Source: an uncultured Peptoniphilus sp. (GTDB taxonomy: Bacteria > Bacillota > Clostridia > Tissierellales > Peptoniphilaceae). Taken from it: a stretch of 64,000 bases of DNA. A program made the position numbers and the translations under genes. The notes below the pieces were generated by a model that did not search any database, had not been told where the DNA came from, and worked only from the letters and a program-made list of their open reading frames with translations. The DNA lies in NCBI GenBank assembly GCA_902488455.1, contig CABTWG010000002.1, forward strand, positions 4,324 through 68,323. The letters run 5' to 3'. How positions within the stretch are numbered: position 1 is the first letter of the stretch; every line of letters starts with the position of its first letter. Shown here piece after piece: positions 1 through 10,066 of this stretch.

Positions 1-314
1 TAATCCACCATGAGGATCTGTCCATCTTCAGTTACAGCATTGGCAGAGGTGACATAGAAGTCAGCCATGTGAGATTTCATCATGCTACTTCTGTAGTCCT
101 TATCTTGCCAGTGCATGGACACGTCGGCACCTTTTTCTTTTAAACTATTGTATATATCAAGCTCCTCAAGTGTTACAGAGCCACCTATTGCCACAGTTCT
201 ACCTGGTTTTATAAAGTTTAAGAAGTAATCTCTAGCTTCAGTTCCAGTTTCAAATATTTCAGAAATAAATCCGTTCTTCATTAGGCTATTTCTCGTTCTA
301 ACTAAATTAATCAT
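1..314 (-). CDS. LUD-domain (lactate utilisation/DUF1121-like) protein, runs off window start
   Basis: Manual translation from ATG 314 with GAAAGGGG SD: MINLVRTRNSLMKNGF...VAIGGSVTLEELDI...ADFYVTSANAVTEDGQILMVD; GGSxTL and SxNAxTEDG motifs. Confidence 0.75.
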   Translation of the reverse strand, partial: MINLVRTRNSLMKNGFISEIFETGTEARDYFLNFIKPGRTVAIGGSVTLEELDIYNSLKEKGADVSMHWQDKDYRSSMMKSHMADFYVTSANAVTEDGQILMVD

Positions 315-383
315 TGCTTCCCCTTTCTAATTAACCTAGTATCAATTATAATTTAAATAAGAAAATATTTAAAGTAGGTAATT

Positions 384-1271
384 ATGAAAGAACTAAAGGC
401 TACAAATAAAAATAACAAAAGATATGACGACCTAGTCTTTATGGATATAGAAACCACTGGGCTTACCCATCAAAATCCAATAGTGTCTATAACCGTTTCA
501 GACGGAGTTAACACAGTGACTAAGGTCATAGAAAATTTAAAAGATGAACTTGAATTAATCTCTGATTTTTTAGAGAAGTACAACGGATCAAATTTTGTAA
601 CTTATAATGGAGAATCCTTTGATCTTCCATTTATAAGGCAGAGGGCGAAGTTTTATAATATGGAATTTGATTATGAATCCACAGACCTCTACAAGTATTT
701 CAACAAGTACAGATATCTATTTCCTATGAAGTCATTAAGACAAGTAGAGGTTGAAAAGTATTTTGAAATCGACCGTGGCGAAGATATCTCCGGTGCAGAA
801 GTGGTGGATCTATTTAGAAGTCATATAGAAAACTATGATGAAAGTATCTTAGATACCATAGGCACCCACAACTTAAAAGATGTTGAAGGTCTCGTGTACC
901 TATATGAAAATAGATTTTTAATCCACAGAGAGAATAGAATTGAACTTGGAGATAATTATCTTGAGATAAGAGATATCTCTATGGACCATGACACTCTTAA
1001 ACTAAAAGGAGTTACGACTTTTAAAGATGTATTTTTAAATTCGAAGGACTATCTTCTAAATGTGGCTGAAGGCGAGTTTACCTTGGATATCTACACCAAG
1101 AGTGGCAAGTACTCAAAAAATTTGATTTGCAACTATGTGCTTAAGAAAGATTTCCCTGTGGAAGTAAGCGATCTTAAAGCTCCAGATGAAGTCGTAATAT
1201 TAAATTTAAAATCCGTCGAGATGTTCAATTTAAAATCTGTAGTAAGATATATTTGCAAAGACTTAAAATAA
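384..1271 (+). CDS. RNase H-like (YprB/RNase_H_2) DEDD exonuclease-domain protein
   Basis: DIETTGL, TYNGESFDLPF and HNLKDV motifs. Confidence 0.8.
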   Translation: MKELKATNKNNKRYDDLVFMDIETTGLTHQNPIVSITVSDGVNTVTKVIENLKDELELISDFLEKYNGSNFVTYNGESFDLPFIRQRAKFYNMEFDYESTDLYKYFNKYRYLFPMKSLRQVEVEKYFEIDRGEDISGAEVVDLFRSHIENYDESILDTIGTHNLKDVEGLVYLYENRFLIHRENRIELGDNYLEIRDISMDHDTLKLKGVTTFKDVFLNSKDYLLNVAEGEFTLDIYTKSGKYSKNLICNYVLKKDFPVEVSDLKAPDEVVILNLKSVEMFNLKSVVRYICKDLK

Positions 1272-1276
1272 AGCAC

Positions 1277-1307
1277 AAAAATAACCCATTCAAGTGAATG
1301 GGTTTTT
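1277..1307. terminator. Bidirectional intrinsic terminator between convergent genes
   Basis: AACCCATTC-aagt-GAATGGGTT stem with A and T tracts. Confidence 0.75.
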
Positions 1308-1314
1308 CTGTATT

Positions 1315-2508
1315 TTATGAATTAAACATTATCTTTTCGCTACTGAACATTTTGGCAACTATATAAGAAAAGATTAAACCTATTAAAATATTAGATCCTA
1401 TTGAATAGAGAAGGTTTGTCACGGTTAACTCAGCGATTATTGAGCGCCCGATAGCAATACAACTTCCGTAAATTGGAATCAAATATTGAAATGGAGATAC
1501 TTCTCCAGTTGAGGTCATAGTCATTACTCCTGCAACGATTACCACAATATATAGTGGAGCAATATATGTTCCAGCTTCCTTTGCGTTCTTTGAATATGTT
1601 GCAATTATAGAAATCATCGCCACCATTAGAAATGCCATTGAAAGCATGATAAGTGCAATCTGACAAAACTGAGCAAATGTAAATTTCACAGCAGTGTCTT
1701 GACCAAATGACATTGCCTTTGGCATGACTATTGACATAGAAACAACATAGGCAATCGAAGATATCATTGAGATGATCGTAAGTCCTATAAGTTTTCCAAG
1801 GACGATGTCCGTTCTCTTTATAGGTGCAAGAAGAAGGCTCGCCATGGTACCTCTCTCCTTTTCTCCAGTAAATGTGTCGATTGCAAGACCCATGATGGAG
1901 CTATAGAGCATGATAACTATAAAATATGGAAGCATCATTGAAAGTGTCTTGCCAGACATCTTTTCTTCTTTATAAATTTTAGCTTCCGTATCTTTATTTA
2001 TCGTGTAGACTTCGAGAATCTTTTCATCTTTTATCCTGTTTTTTATTATAGGCTTCTTTATATTTTCATCGAAGATTGACTCAAGCTTTCTATATGCAAC
2101 TTCAGAATTATCTTCTGAAGGGTTGTAGAAAATATTTATATTTGGAATATTTTCTCTGTCATAGTTTTCGATTTTATCTCTGAAATCAGATGGAAGTTCT
2201 ACAATCGCATCTATCTCTCCATTTTTAAGCTTTTCCTTTAAGCTTTCCATCTCCCCATCTTTTACACTCTTGATGATCATGGTTTCAGCTAAACTTCCAA
2301 GATCAGCTTCTGTCTTTTCATCTAGGTTTGAAAAATAAACCAGTGATTTATGACTTTCAACGTCTTCCATCATGTCGCCCATTGTGTTTCCAATGAGTGA
2401 AAATATAATTATCATCATTAGCGGTGGCATGATGAACATCCCAAAGATCATCTTTTTGTCTCCGAAGACTCTTCTAAGTTCTTTTTTCAGTATTGTCATT
2501 ATTCCCAT
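1315..2508 (-). CDS. ABC-2 exporter permease, NatB-like
   Basis: KKELRR N-terminus, GEKERGTMASLLLAP motif, multiple TM segments. Confidence 0.85.
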   Translation of the reverse strand: MGIMTILKKELRRVFGDKKMIFGMFIMPPLMMIIIFSLIGNTMGDMMEDVESHKSLVYFSNLDEKTEADLGSLAETMIIKSVKDGEMESLKEKLKNGEIDAIVELPSDFRDKIENYDRENIPNINIFYNPSEDNSEVAYRKLESIFDENIKKPIIKNRIKDEKILEVYTINKDTEAKIYKEEKMSGKTLSMMLPYFIVIMLYSSIMGLAIDTFTGEKERGTMASLLLAPIKRTDIVLGKLIGLTIISMISSIAYVVSMSIVMPKAMSFGQDTAVKFTFAQFCQIALIMLSMAFLMVAMISIIATYSKNAKEAGTYIAPLYIVVIVAGVMTMTSTGEVSPFQYLIPIYGSCIAIGRSIIAELTVTNLLYSIGSNILIGLIFSYIVAKMFSSEKIMFNS

Positions 2509-3281
2509 TAGTTTTCTCCTTTTTCATCTGAATAAAACTTGAAAAATGCTTCTTCCAAATCTTTTGTGCCTGTCTTAGCTACTGCTTCTTCAATCGTTCC
2601 TTCAAATACAAGTTTGCCATCGATTATTATCCCTATTCTGTCACAGACTTTTTCTGCTTCAGTCATATTGTGAGTGGACATGATGATGGTTTTATTTTCA
2701 TTTTTAAGTTCTTTTATATAATCCAGCACGGATTTTGCAGTTATGATATCAAGGCCTGATGTCGGCTCATCAAAGATTATTATTTCTGGATTGTGCATTA
2801 GGCTTACAGCTATTGCAGCCTTTTGTTTCATCCCCGTTGAAAGTTCTTCAATCTTTTTATGTTTAAATTCATCTATTCCAAAGTATTTGAATAATTTTTC
2901 TTTTCTACTTTGAATTTCGTCTTTTGGTACATTTCTAAGTTCGCCGAAGAAATCAAAGAGATAATCCGGTGTGAAGTTTGGATCGAGTTTTATTTCTGAT
3001 GTTAAAAATCCGATCTTCTCCCTTACCTTATAACCTTCTTTTACTGTGTCCAGTCCGTTTACTTCTACAGTTCCACTTGTTGGTTTAAGAAGTGTTGAGA
3101 TTATTCTAAGTGTGGTGGTCTTACCTGCACCATTTGTGCCTAGGATTCCGAAAATTTCTCCTTCTTTTATGGTTAGATTCAAATCATCTACTGCGACTTT
3201 TTCATTGTCCTTTGTCTTAAGTTCCTTTTTCATCTTCTTCGTCAGTTTGAAGATCTTAGTTAAATTCTTTATTTCAATCAT
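2508..3281 (-). CDS. ABC exporter ATP-binding subunit, NatA-like
   Basis: Walker A GTNGAGKT, LSTGMKQK signature, DEPTSGLD. Confidence 0.9.
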   Translation of the reverse strand: MIEIKNLTKIFKLTKKMKKELKTKDNEKVAVDDLNLTIKEGEIFGILGTNGAGKTTTLRIISTLLKPTSGTVEVNGLDTVKEGYKVREKIGFLTSEIKLDPNFTPDYLFDFFGELRNVPKDEIQSRKEKLFKYFGIDEFKHKKIEELSTGMKQKAAIAVSLMHNPEIIIFDEPTSGLDIITAKSVLDYIKELKNENKTIIMSTHNMTEAEKVCDRIGIIIDGKLVFEGTIEEAVAKTGTKDLEEAFFKFYSDEKGEN

Positions 3282-3327
3282 GTAAACCTCTCTTAGTCAT
3301 TCTATTTAAAACTTTCCTATTTTAATA

Positions 3328-4083
3328 TTATATTTCAATTTTAAAATCTGTGTCAATTATTTCCATCTCTATTGTAAATTTTTCTTCCAAGAGATCTTTT
3401 AACTTGTTTAGGACAAACTTTTCTGAACCATAGTGGGTTAGATCCACTAGAGAAATATTTTCTTCGTAGCCTCTTTGACCGTCGTGATGCTTTACATCCC
3501 CTGTTATAAACATGTCCACTCCTTTTGCAATTGCGTCATCGAAGTAGCTCATACCTGCTCCACCAACTATTGCAATTTTTTCAACTGGAACTTTCTTTCC
3601 ATAGAAGATTGCTCCAAGATCTTTTAATCTATCGTAGATTTCATCTCCAATATTATTACGAAGGACATAGCCAATGGTCGTGGTATCTGTCATTGCAAAG
3701 TTTTCTACTATTGGAAGTCCTATAGCTTCAGCAAGTGCCACGTTTACTCCTCTATCGGAAACATCGAGGCTTGTGTGGGATGAGTAGACAGAAATTTTAT
3801 TTTCTATAAGTTTAATTATGTTTTTTCCTAGGTAACTGTCTTCGTCAATGCTCTTTACGCCTATAAATATCATCGGATGATGAGAGATTATAAGCTTTGA
3901 TCCAGTTTCTATTGCATAGTCAATAACTTTATCTGTTACGTCCATACATAGTATGACCTTGTCTGTTTCATTTTTAATCCTCACCTGATAGCCGGAGTTG
4001 TCCCAGTTCTCTTGGAATTCTTCTGGTGCAATCTTTCTTATATATTCAATTATTTTTTCTGTACTTGTCATAGATTTTTTCAT
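3328..4083 (-). CDS. Nif3-like dinuclear metal-centre protein (start may be 4071)
   Basis: WDNSG, HHPMIF, HTSLD, GDVKHH and HYGSE motifs; follows trmK. Confidence 0.9.
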   Translation of the reverse strand: MKKSMTSTEKIIEYIRKIAPEEFQENWDNSGYQVRIKNETDKVILCMDVTDKVIDYAIETGSKLIISHHPMIFIGVKSIDEDSYLGKNIIKLIENKISVYSSHTSLDVSDRGVNVALAEAIGLPIVENFAMTDTTTIGYVLRNNIGDEIYDRLKDLGAIFYGKKVPVEKIAIVGGAGMSYFDDAIAKGVDMFITGDVKHHDGQRGYEENISLVDLTHYGSEKFVLNKLKDLLEEKFTIEMEIIDTDFKIEI

Positions 4084-4732
4084 AATAATTCACTTCTTTT
4101 TTTAGTTCTATATATCTTGTAAGGGCTCTCTTGCCTTTTTTAAGTCCTTTCATTATAGACAGGTTCGCATCTATTAAGTACTCCAAGTATAGAAATGCTT
4201 CTTCCTGATTTTTTTCTAATGCCCTTATTGGAATCTTAAATTCTATTTCATCTTGGACTTTTCTTATTTCTCCATCGTATTCAGAAACAATTATTTCAAA
4301 GAATCTATCGTCTTCATAGACTACATCCTCGTCTATAATTTTATAGCCATTTTCAAATAGATACTTTCTAAGTTCCCTTGCTCCTTGCATCGGTTGAAGG
4401 ATGAGTCTTACGCTTTTAGAGATTTCTGATGCTGCTAGTATCTCTCCTATTAATACTCCTCCCATGCCAGCTATTACCACAGTTTCTATATCGTCTTCTG
4501 CTTTTAAAACTTCAAGACCGTCTCCTAGCCTTGCGTCTAATTCTATATTTTTTTCTTTTGCTAAATCTATTGCCTTTTGAAGGGATGGCTTTGAAATATC
4601 TGCAGCTACTGCATAGTCAACTACGCCATTTTCAATTAGAAAAATAGGCACAAGACCGTGATCTGTGCCTATGTCAGCCATCCTTCTACCTTTTATATGG
4701 CTAGATATTCTATTTAATCTCTTTGATATCAT
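4046..4732 (-). CDS. trmK: tRNA (adenine22-N1)-methyltransferase
   Basis: [26 protein letters not shown] motifs; directly after rpoD. Confidence 0.9.
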   Translation of the reverse strand: MISKRLNRISSHIKGRRMADIGTDHGLVPIFLIENGVVDYAVAADISKPSLQKAIDLAKEKNIELDARLGDGLEVLKAEDDIETVVIAGMGGVLIGEILAASEISKSVRLILQPMQGARELRKYLFENGYKIIDEDVVYEDDRFFEIIVSEYDGEIRKVQDEIEFKIPIRALEKNQEEAFLYLEYLIDANLSIMKGLKKGKRALTRYIELKKEVNYYEKIYDKYRKNN

Positions 4733-5835
4733 TCCAGATAATCCTTTAATTTTCTACTTCTGCTTGGATGACGAAGTTTTCTAAGTGCTTTTGCTTCAAT
4801 CTGTCTTATTCTTTCTCTAGTTACATCGAATTCTTTGCCAACTTCTTCCAAGGTTCTATTTCTTCCGTCTTCTAGTCCAAATCTAAGGGTAAGTACCTTC
4901 TTTTCTCTTTCAGTAAGAGTGTCTAGTACATCGCCTAGTTGTTCTCTTAGAAGTGTAAATGTTGCAGCGTCTTGAGGAGATTGGATTTCTTCATCTGGGA
5001 TAAAATCTCCAAGATGAGAATCTTCTTCTTCACCTATAGGTGTTTCAAGAGATACTGGTTCTTGTGCAATCTTTTGGATTTCACGCACTCTTTCTACATC
5101 TATATTCATCTCTTCTGCAATTTCTTCTGGAGTAGGATCTCTTCCTAGATCTTGCACCAATTGTCTTTGGATTCTCACAAGTTTATTTATAGTTTCTACC
5201 ATATGAACTGGAATTCTAATGGTCCTTGCTTGGTCTGCTATGGCTCTTGTTATTGCCTGTCTTATCCACCAAGTCGCATAGGTTGAAAATTTAAATCCCT
5301 TTGTATAGTCGAACTTATCTACAGCTTTCATAAGACCTAGGTTTCCTTCTTGAATCAAATCAAGAAAACTCATTCCTCGACCTACGTATCTCTTTGCAAT
5401 TGATACTACAAGTCTTAGGTTCGCTTCAGCAAGCTCTCTTGCAGCTGTTCGATCTCCTGCTTCCATTCTCTTTGCGATGGCTACTTCTTCATCTGCTGTT
5501 AGTAGAGGAATCTTACCTATTTCCTTTAGGTACATTCTCACAGGATCATCTACGCTTATTCCCTTTGGAACGGATAAATCTTCTTCGGCAGCATCTATTT
5601 TTTCATCATCTTCGTCATCTTTTATATCTTCGTCTAATAGTTCAATGCCTTTTTTTTCAAATTCCTTGTAAAGCGAATCTATTTCATCACTTTCCATAGG
5701 GATTTCATCGAGAGCATCCACTATCTCTTCATAGGTTAGATTTCCCTTTTTCTTTCCTGTCTTCATAAGGGAATCCACTATGGAGTCTTTTGACATCGAT
5801 AGATCGTCTTCTTCAAAATCCAAATGATCTGTCAT
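4729..5835 (-). CDS. rpoD: Primary RNA polymerase sigma factor
   Basis: [49 protein letters not shown], region 4 HTH. Confidence 0.98.
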   Translation of the reverse strand: MTDHLDFEEDDLSMSKDSIVDSLMKTGKKKGNLTYEEIVDALDEIPMESDEIDSLYKEFEKKGIELLDEDIKDDEDDEKIDAAEEDLSVPKGISVDDPVRMYLKEIGKIPLLTADEEVAIAKRMEAGDRTAARELAEANLRLVVSIAKRYVGRGMSFLDLIQEGNLGLMKAVDKFDYTKGFKFSTYATWWIRQAITRAIADQARTIRIPVHMVETINKLVRIQRQLVQDLGRDPTPEEIAEEMNIDVERVREIQKIAQEPVSLETPIGEEEDSHLGDFIPDEEIQSPQDAATFTLLREQLGDVLDTLTEREKKVLTLRFGLEDGRNRTLEEVGKEFDVTRERIRQIEAKALRKLRHPSRSRKLKDYLE

Positions 5836-5836
5836 T

Positions 5837-7624
5837 TTACATTCCTCCTTTTAGTTTTTTATTTATATCTGTAATAGTTTCTGATAATTTTTGCATCTTT
5901 TCTGTATAATCTGGTTCTTCTTTGTTTAAATTTTTAAGACTATCCAGTGCAGATTTTAAATCTTCTTCTAGCTTATTCTTTATTATGGTCTTTGAAAGCT
6001 CACTTATAAATAGTTCTGGATTCTCATGGGAAACTTCGATTTCGCTTACTATTCTATATGAAGTTTCAGAGATCTTACCATCTTCTTTTAATTTAAGCAG
6101 AGGATTTTTCTCTCCATTTTTATATTCTTCTTCCAAAGATTTTATTATCTCTACTTCATTTTTTTCGAGATTTTCTTCTAGGTTTAAGCATTTTTTTATT
6201 ACTTTAATATAATTTTCTTCAGAAGCTGCGTATGCCATGATTTGGTATTTTGATTTTTTTAGTCCATCTTGCAGATTTTTAGATACGGTTTTAGTTCTCT
6301 TAGTATCTTTGTTAAATCTATCTTCTGTTCTTCTCTGCCTTTTGTCTTCATAATTTTGTTTATTTCTATTTATATAATTTATTATTGCAGATCTAGTAAC
6401 TTTATATTCTTTTGAAAGCCTATCTATTTCAAGATCTCTTTCAATTGGATTTTTAATCGTAGAAACAAGTTTTGATGCTTCCATTATAAATCCTGTCATG
6501 CCTTCTGTGGTGTTGATATCGAAGTTCTTTTTTAGATCCTCGATTAAGTATTCAAAATAATTTGTAGCTTCAGATAATGTCACTTCAAAATTAAAAGCTC
6601 CATACTTCTTTAGATAGTCGTCTGGATCTAATCCTTCTGGAAGCCTTATGATCCTAGGACTTACTCCTACTGATCTCAAAATTCCAATGGCTCGCTTCGT
6701 CGCTCTGATTCCAGCTTCATCTCCATCATAGCAAATATAGACTTCTTTTCCATATTTTTTTACAAGCTCTGCCTGCTCAGAAGTTAACGCTGTACCTAGA
6801 CTTGCTACACTATACTTTATACCACTTTTATAGAGAGAAATAACATCCATGTAGCCTTCTACGAGAATTATTCTACTTCTATCTAAATTTTTTACTATGT
6901 TTTGGTTGTAGAGATTTCTTCCCTTGTGAAAAACAATGGTGTCTGTGCTGTTTAAGTATTTTGGTATAGAGTCGTCCATAACTCTTCCACCAAAGCCTAT
7001 TACTCTTTTTCTAAGATCTATGATTGGAAACATAATTCGGTTTCTAAATCTATCGAAGTACCTTCCATTTTGAGATTTAGAAACTAGATTATATTCAAAT
7101 AGCTCCTCTTCTGTAAATCCATTATTCTTCATGAAGTTTAAAAGATCACTCCAGCTATCTTCTGCAAATCCAAGGCCAAATGCCTTTATGACTTCTGGGC
7201 CTATCTCTCTTCTTTGTAAATATTCAAAAGCCATCTTATTGCTACTTAAATTTTGCATATAAAACTTAGCAGCCAAAAGATTTGCGTCATAACATCTACC
7301 GATCTTATCTAAAACTTTTTTATCGACTTTATCTTCTGCTAGTTCAATATTATATTTTTCCGCCAAGAATTTAACGGCTTCGATAAAACTTAAGTGTTCG
7401 ATCTTCATTATAAATGTAATTACATCACCGCCGGCGCTACATCCAAAACATTTAAATATCTGCTTCGAATCAGATACTGAAAATGAAGGTGTCTTTTCAG
7501 AATGAAAAGGGCACAATCCCATATAGTTTGAGCCCTTTTTCTTTAAATCTACATATTCACTTATTACATCTACGATGCTTGATTTTTGGCGTATTTCATC
7601 CAAAACTCTATCGTCAATTCTCAT
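5837..7624 (-). CDS. dnaG: DNA primase (start placed at MRIDD)
   Basis: [11 protein letters not shown] zinc finger, FGGR, KYLNS, Toprim EGYMDV and YDGDEAG. Confidence 0.97.
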   Translation of the reverse strand: MRIDDRVLDEIRQKSSIVDVISEYVDLKKKGSNYMGLCPFHSEKTPSFSVSDSKQIFKCFGCSAGGDVITFIMKIEHLSFIEAVKFLAEKYNIELAEDKVDKKVLDKIGRCYDANLLAAKFYMQNLSSNKMAFEYLQRREIGPEVIKAFGLGFAEDSWSDLLNFMKNNGFTEEELFEYNLVSKSQNGRYFDRFRNRIMFPIIDLRKRVIGFGGRVMDDSIPKYLNSTDTIVFHKGRNLYNQNIVKNLDRSRIILVEGYMDVISLYKSGIKYSVASLGTALTSEQAELVKKYGKEVYICYDGDEAGIRATKRAIGILRSVGVSPRIIRLPEGLDPDDYLKKYGAFNFEVTLSEATNYFEYLIEDLKKNFDINTTEGMTGFIMEASKLVSTIKNPIERDLEIDRLSKEYKVTRSAIINYINRNKQNYEDKRQRRTEDRFNKDTKRTKTVSKNLQDGLKKSKYQIMAYAASEENYIKVIKKCLNLEENLEKNEVEIIKSLEEEYKNGEKNPLLKLKEDGKISETSYRIVSEIEVSHENPELFISELSKTIIKNKLEEDLKSALDSLKNLNKEEPDYTEKMQKLSETITDINKKLKGGM

Positions 7625-8636
7625 CTCTTGTATCCCATCCTTTAGGAATGCATATTTCTCTAAACACATGGATTGCAAATGTATCAGTCATACCTGCAAT
7701 ATAATCTGCTACAATTTCATCGTCTGTGTGTTCTATATTTTCATATATATTTAGATGTTCTTTTGGAATTCTGTATAAATCTTCTTTGTAAAAATTGTAT
7801 AGATAGGTTATTATTCTATCTACTTTTGTATCTTCTACCTTTACATTTTTATCTAGGTAAACCCTATCAAACATAAACTGTCTTAAACTCATGGTTGCTT
7901 CATAAATATCTGGCTCCATTTCAATGATTGGTTTGCCATAGGAGTTATTTATAATTGAGCTAATCATCGTGCCGATTCTCTTTGAGTGGGTGTTTCCTAG
8001 GATTTCAATTTCTTCCTTAGGCAGGTCTTCTTCTCTTAGAATCCCTGCTCTTATTGCATCGTCTATATCGTGGTTGATGTAGGCGATTCTATCTGCATAC
8101 TTTATTATTCTTCCTTCCAAGGTTGAGGCCAATTTATCTCCTGTATGGTGAAGAATTCCGTCTCTTACTTCTTCTGTCAGGTTAAGTCCAGTTCTATTTT
8201 CTCTCGATTCGAGAAAATCTACAACTCTAATGGACTGTTCATTGTGGCGAAATCCACCTGGTTTTAATCTATTTAATATAGTCTCTCCACTATGACCAAA
8301 AGGGGTATGACCTAGGTCATGACCAAGTGATATGGCTTCAACTAGGTCTTCATTTAGTTCCAACGCTCTTGCAATGGTTCTTGCAATCTGTTGCACTTCC
8401 AATGTGTGAGTGAGCCGGGTCCTAAAATGGTCTCTTCCTGGACTTATAAAGACTTGGGTCTTATGTTTTAATCTTCTAAAAGATTTTGAATGGATGATTC
8501 TATCCCTATCTCTTTGGTAACTGGTTCTGATTTTACAATCTTCTTCCACGTACCTTCTCTTGGCGTCCTTTGAATGGCAAGCGTAGGGTCTTAAAATTTT
8601 ATCTTCTAAAATCTCCCTATTTTCTCTTATATTCAT
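7614..8636 (-). CDS. dGTP triphosphohydrolase-like HD protein
   Basis: RDRDRIIHSKSFRRLKHKTQVF, RTRLTHTLEV, HDLGHTPFGH. Confidence 0.93.
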   Translation of the reverse strand: MNIRENREILEDKILRPYACHSKDAKRRYVEEDCKIRTSYQRDRDRIIHSKSFRRLKHKTQVFISPGRDHFRTRLTHTLEVQQIARTIARALELNEDLVEAISLGHDLGHTPFGHSGETILNRLKPGGFRHNEQSIRVVDFLESRENRTGLNLTEEVRDGILHHTGDKLASTLEGRIIKYADRIAYINHDIDDAIRAGILREEDLPKEEIEILGNTHSKRIGTMISSIINNSYGKPIIEMEPDIYEATMSLRQFMFDRVYLDKNVKVEDTKVDRIITYLYNFYKEDLYRIPKEHLNIYENIEHTDDEIVADYIAGMTDTFAIHVFREICIPKGWDTRDEN

Positions 8637-9445
8637 AGTCCTACACGCTTCATATGATCTAGAACTATTTCTGCAGTTTCTTCTATTGCTTTGTCAGTTA
8701 CATCTATTACTATGCAACCTAACTTTCTCATAACTTCATCTGCATACATAAGCTCTTCCCTTATTCTTTCTATATCGGCATACCTTGCCCCTTGAGAAAG
8801 TCCTAGAGATTTTAGCCTTTCTTCTCTTATAGAGATTAATTTTCGTGGTCTGCATGTAAGTCCTATTACTCTATTTACATCCTTGTCGTAGACTTCTTGA
8901 GGCACTGGCACTTCTGGTACAAGTGGAATGTTTGCAACTTTGTAATTTTTGTTTGCAAGATACATAGACAGTGGAGTCTTTGAAGTTCTGGAGATACCTA
9001 CTAGGCATATATCAGCCTTCTTAGCTCCTCTTGGGTCCTTGCCATCGTCATATTTAACTGCAAATTCAATCGCTTCAACTTTTTTGAAATAATTTTCATC
9101 AAGGCGTCTTATTAGTCCCGGTTCTCTAAGCGGTGGATGACCTAATGCTTTTTCAAATTCAACAAGTGGCTCTCCCATTACATCAATCAAATGGATTCCA
9201 AGCTCTTTTCCTTTCATTTGAATATAGTCTCTGGTTTCTTGCACGACATTTGTGTATACTACCACTGCTTTTTGGCACCTTGATGCCATCTCCATAATTG
9301 GTTTTATCTGTTCGACGCTATTGTGGTATGGGAATCTTCTAATTTCATAGTCTGTGGCTTCAAACTGTCTCACAGATGCTTTTGCTATTAATTCTCCTGT
9401 TTCCCCAACCGAGTCGGAGATTACAAATATTGAAATACTTGGCAT
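8633..9445 (-). CDS. yqfL: Pyruvate,phosphate/water dikinase regulatory kinase-pyrophosphorylase (DUF299)
   Basis: SDSVGETG, YDDGKDP, GISRTSKTPLSMYLA. Confidence 0.92.
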   Translation of the reverse strand: MPSISIFVISDSVGETGELIAKASVRQFEATDYEIRRFPYHNSVEQIKPIMEMASRCQKAVVVYTNVVQETRDYIQMKGKELGIHLIDVMGEPLVEFEKALGHPPLREPGLIRRLDENYFKKVEAIEFAVKYDDGKDPRGAKKADICLVGISRTSKTPLSMYLANKNYKVANIPLVPEVPVPQEVYDKDVNRVIGLTCRPRKLISIREERLKSLGLSQGARYADIERIREELMYADEVMRKLGCIVIDVTDKAIEETAEIVLDHMKRVGL

Positions 9446-9446
9446 A

Positions 9447-10064
9447 TCAATCTTCCTTAGTCTTAGATAACTCTATAAATACATTTAGTGCGTTGGTCTT
9501 AGTCCATCTTCCAACCACCTTCATATGTTGATTTACAACTGGAATAGCATCTACATCGTGATCGTATAAAACTTGAGCTGCTTCTTTAACCGTTGCCCTT
9601 GGACTTACAGTAAAGACATTTGGCATTCTTGTCATGATTACAGATACTGGGGTGTTTTCTATATCCATCTTCGTCATAGTTGCTCTTAGTAGATCTTTTC
9701 TACTTACAACCCCTATTAGTTTTGATTTGCTAGTTACGAATAGTGTTCCAATATCTGAGGCAAATAGTTCTACTATTGCATCGCTTATACTTTGTCCTTC
9801 GTCTAAAACTGCTGATGTGGACATATAGTCTTTAACTAACATCTTTTGTAGTTTGTTATTTATAGATTGGGTGTCTACGTCGCCTCTGAAGAAATAACCA
9901 TACTTAGGTCTTGCTCCCAATATGTTTAGCATCACAAGTATTGAAAGGTCAGGTCTTATAGTCGCTCGTGAAAGTCCCAATCTCTCAGCAATTTCGTCGC
10001 CTATTATAGGCTCTCCTTCTTTTACTATCTCAATTATTTCTTCTTGTCTCTTAGTTAGTTCCAT
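9447..10064 (-). CDS. ccpN: HTH-CBS transcriptional regulator CcpN
   Basis: RATIRPDLSIL HTH plus paired CBS domains, upstream of yqfL. Confidence 0.85.
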   Translation of the reverse strand: MELTKRQEEIIEIVKEGEPIIGDEIAERLGLSRATIRPDLSILVMLNILGARPKYGYFFRGDVDTQSINNKLQKMLVKDYMSTSAVLDEGQSISDAIVELFASDIGTLFVTSKSKLIGVVSRKDLLRATMTKMDIENTPVSVIMTRMPNVFTVSPRATVKEAAQVLYDHDVDAIPVVNQHMKVVGRWTKTNALNVFIELSKTKED

Positions 10065-10066
10065 AT

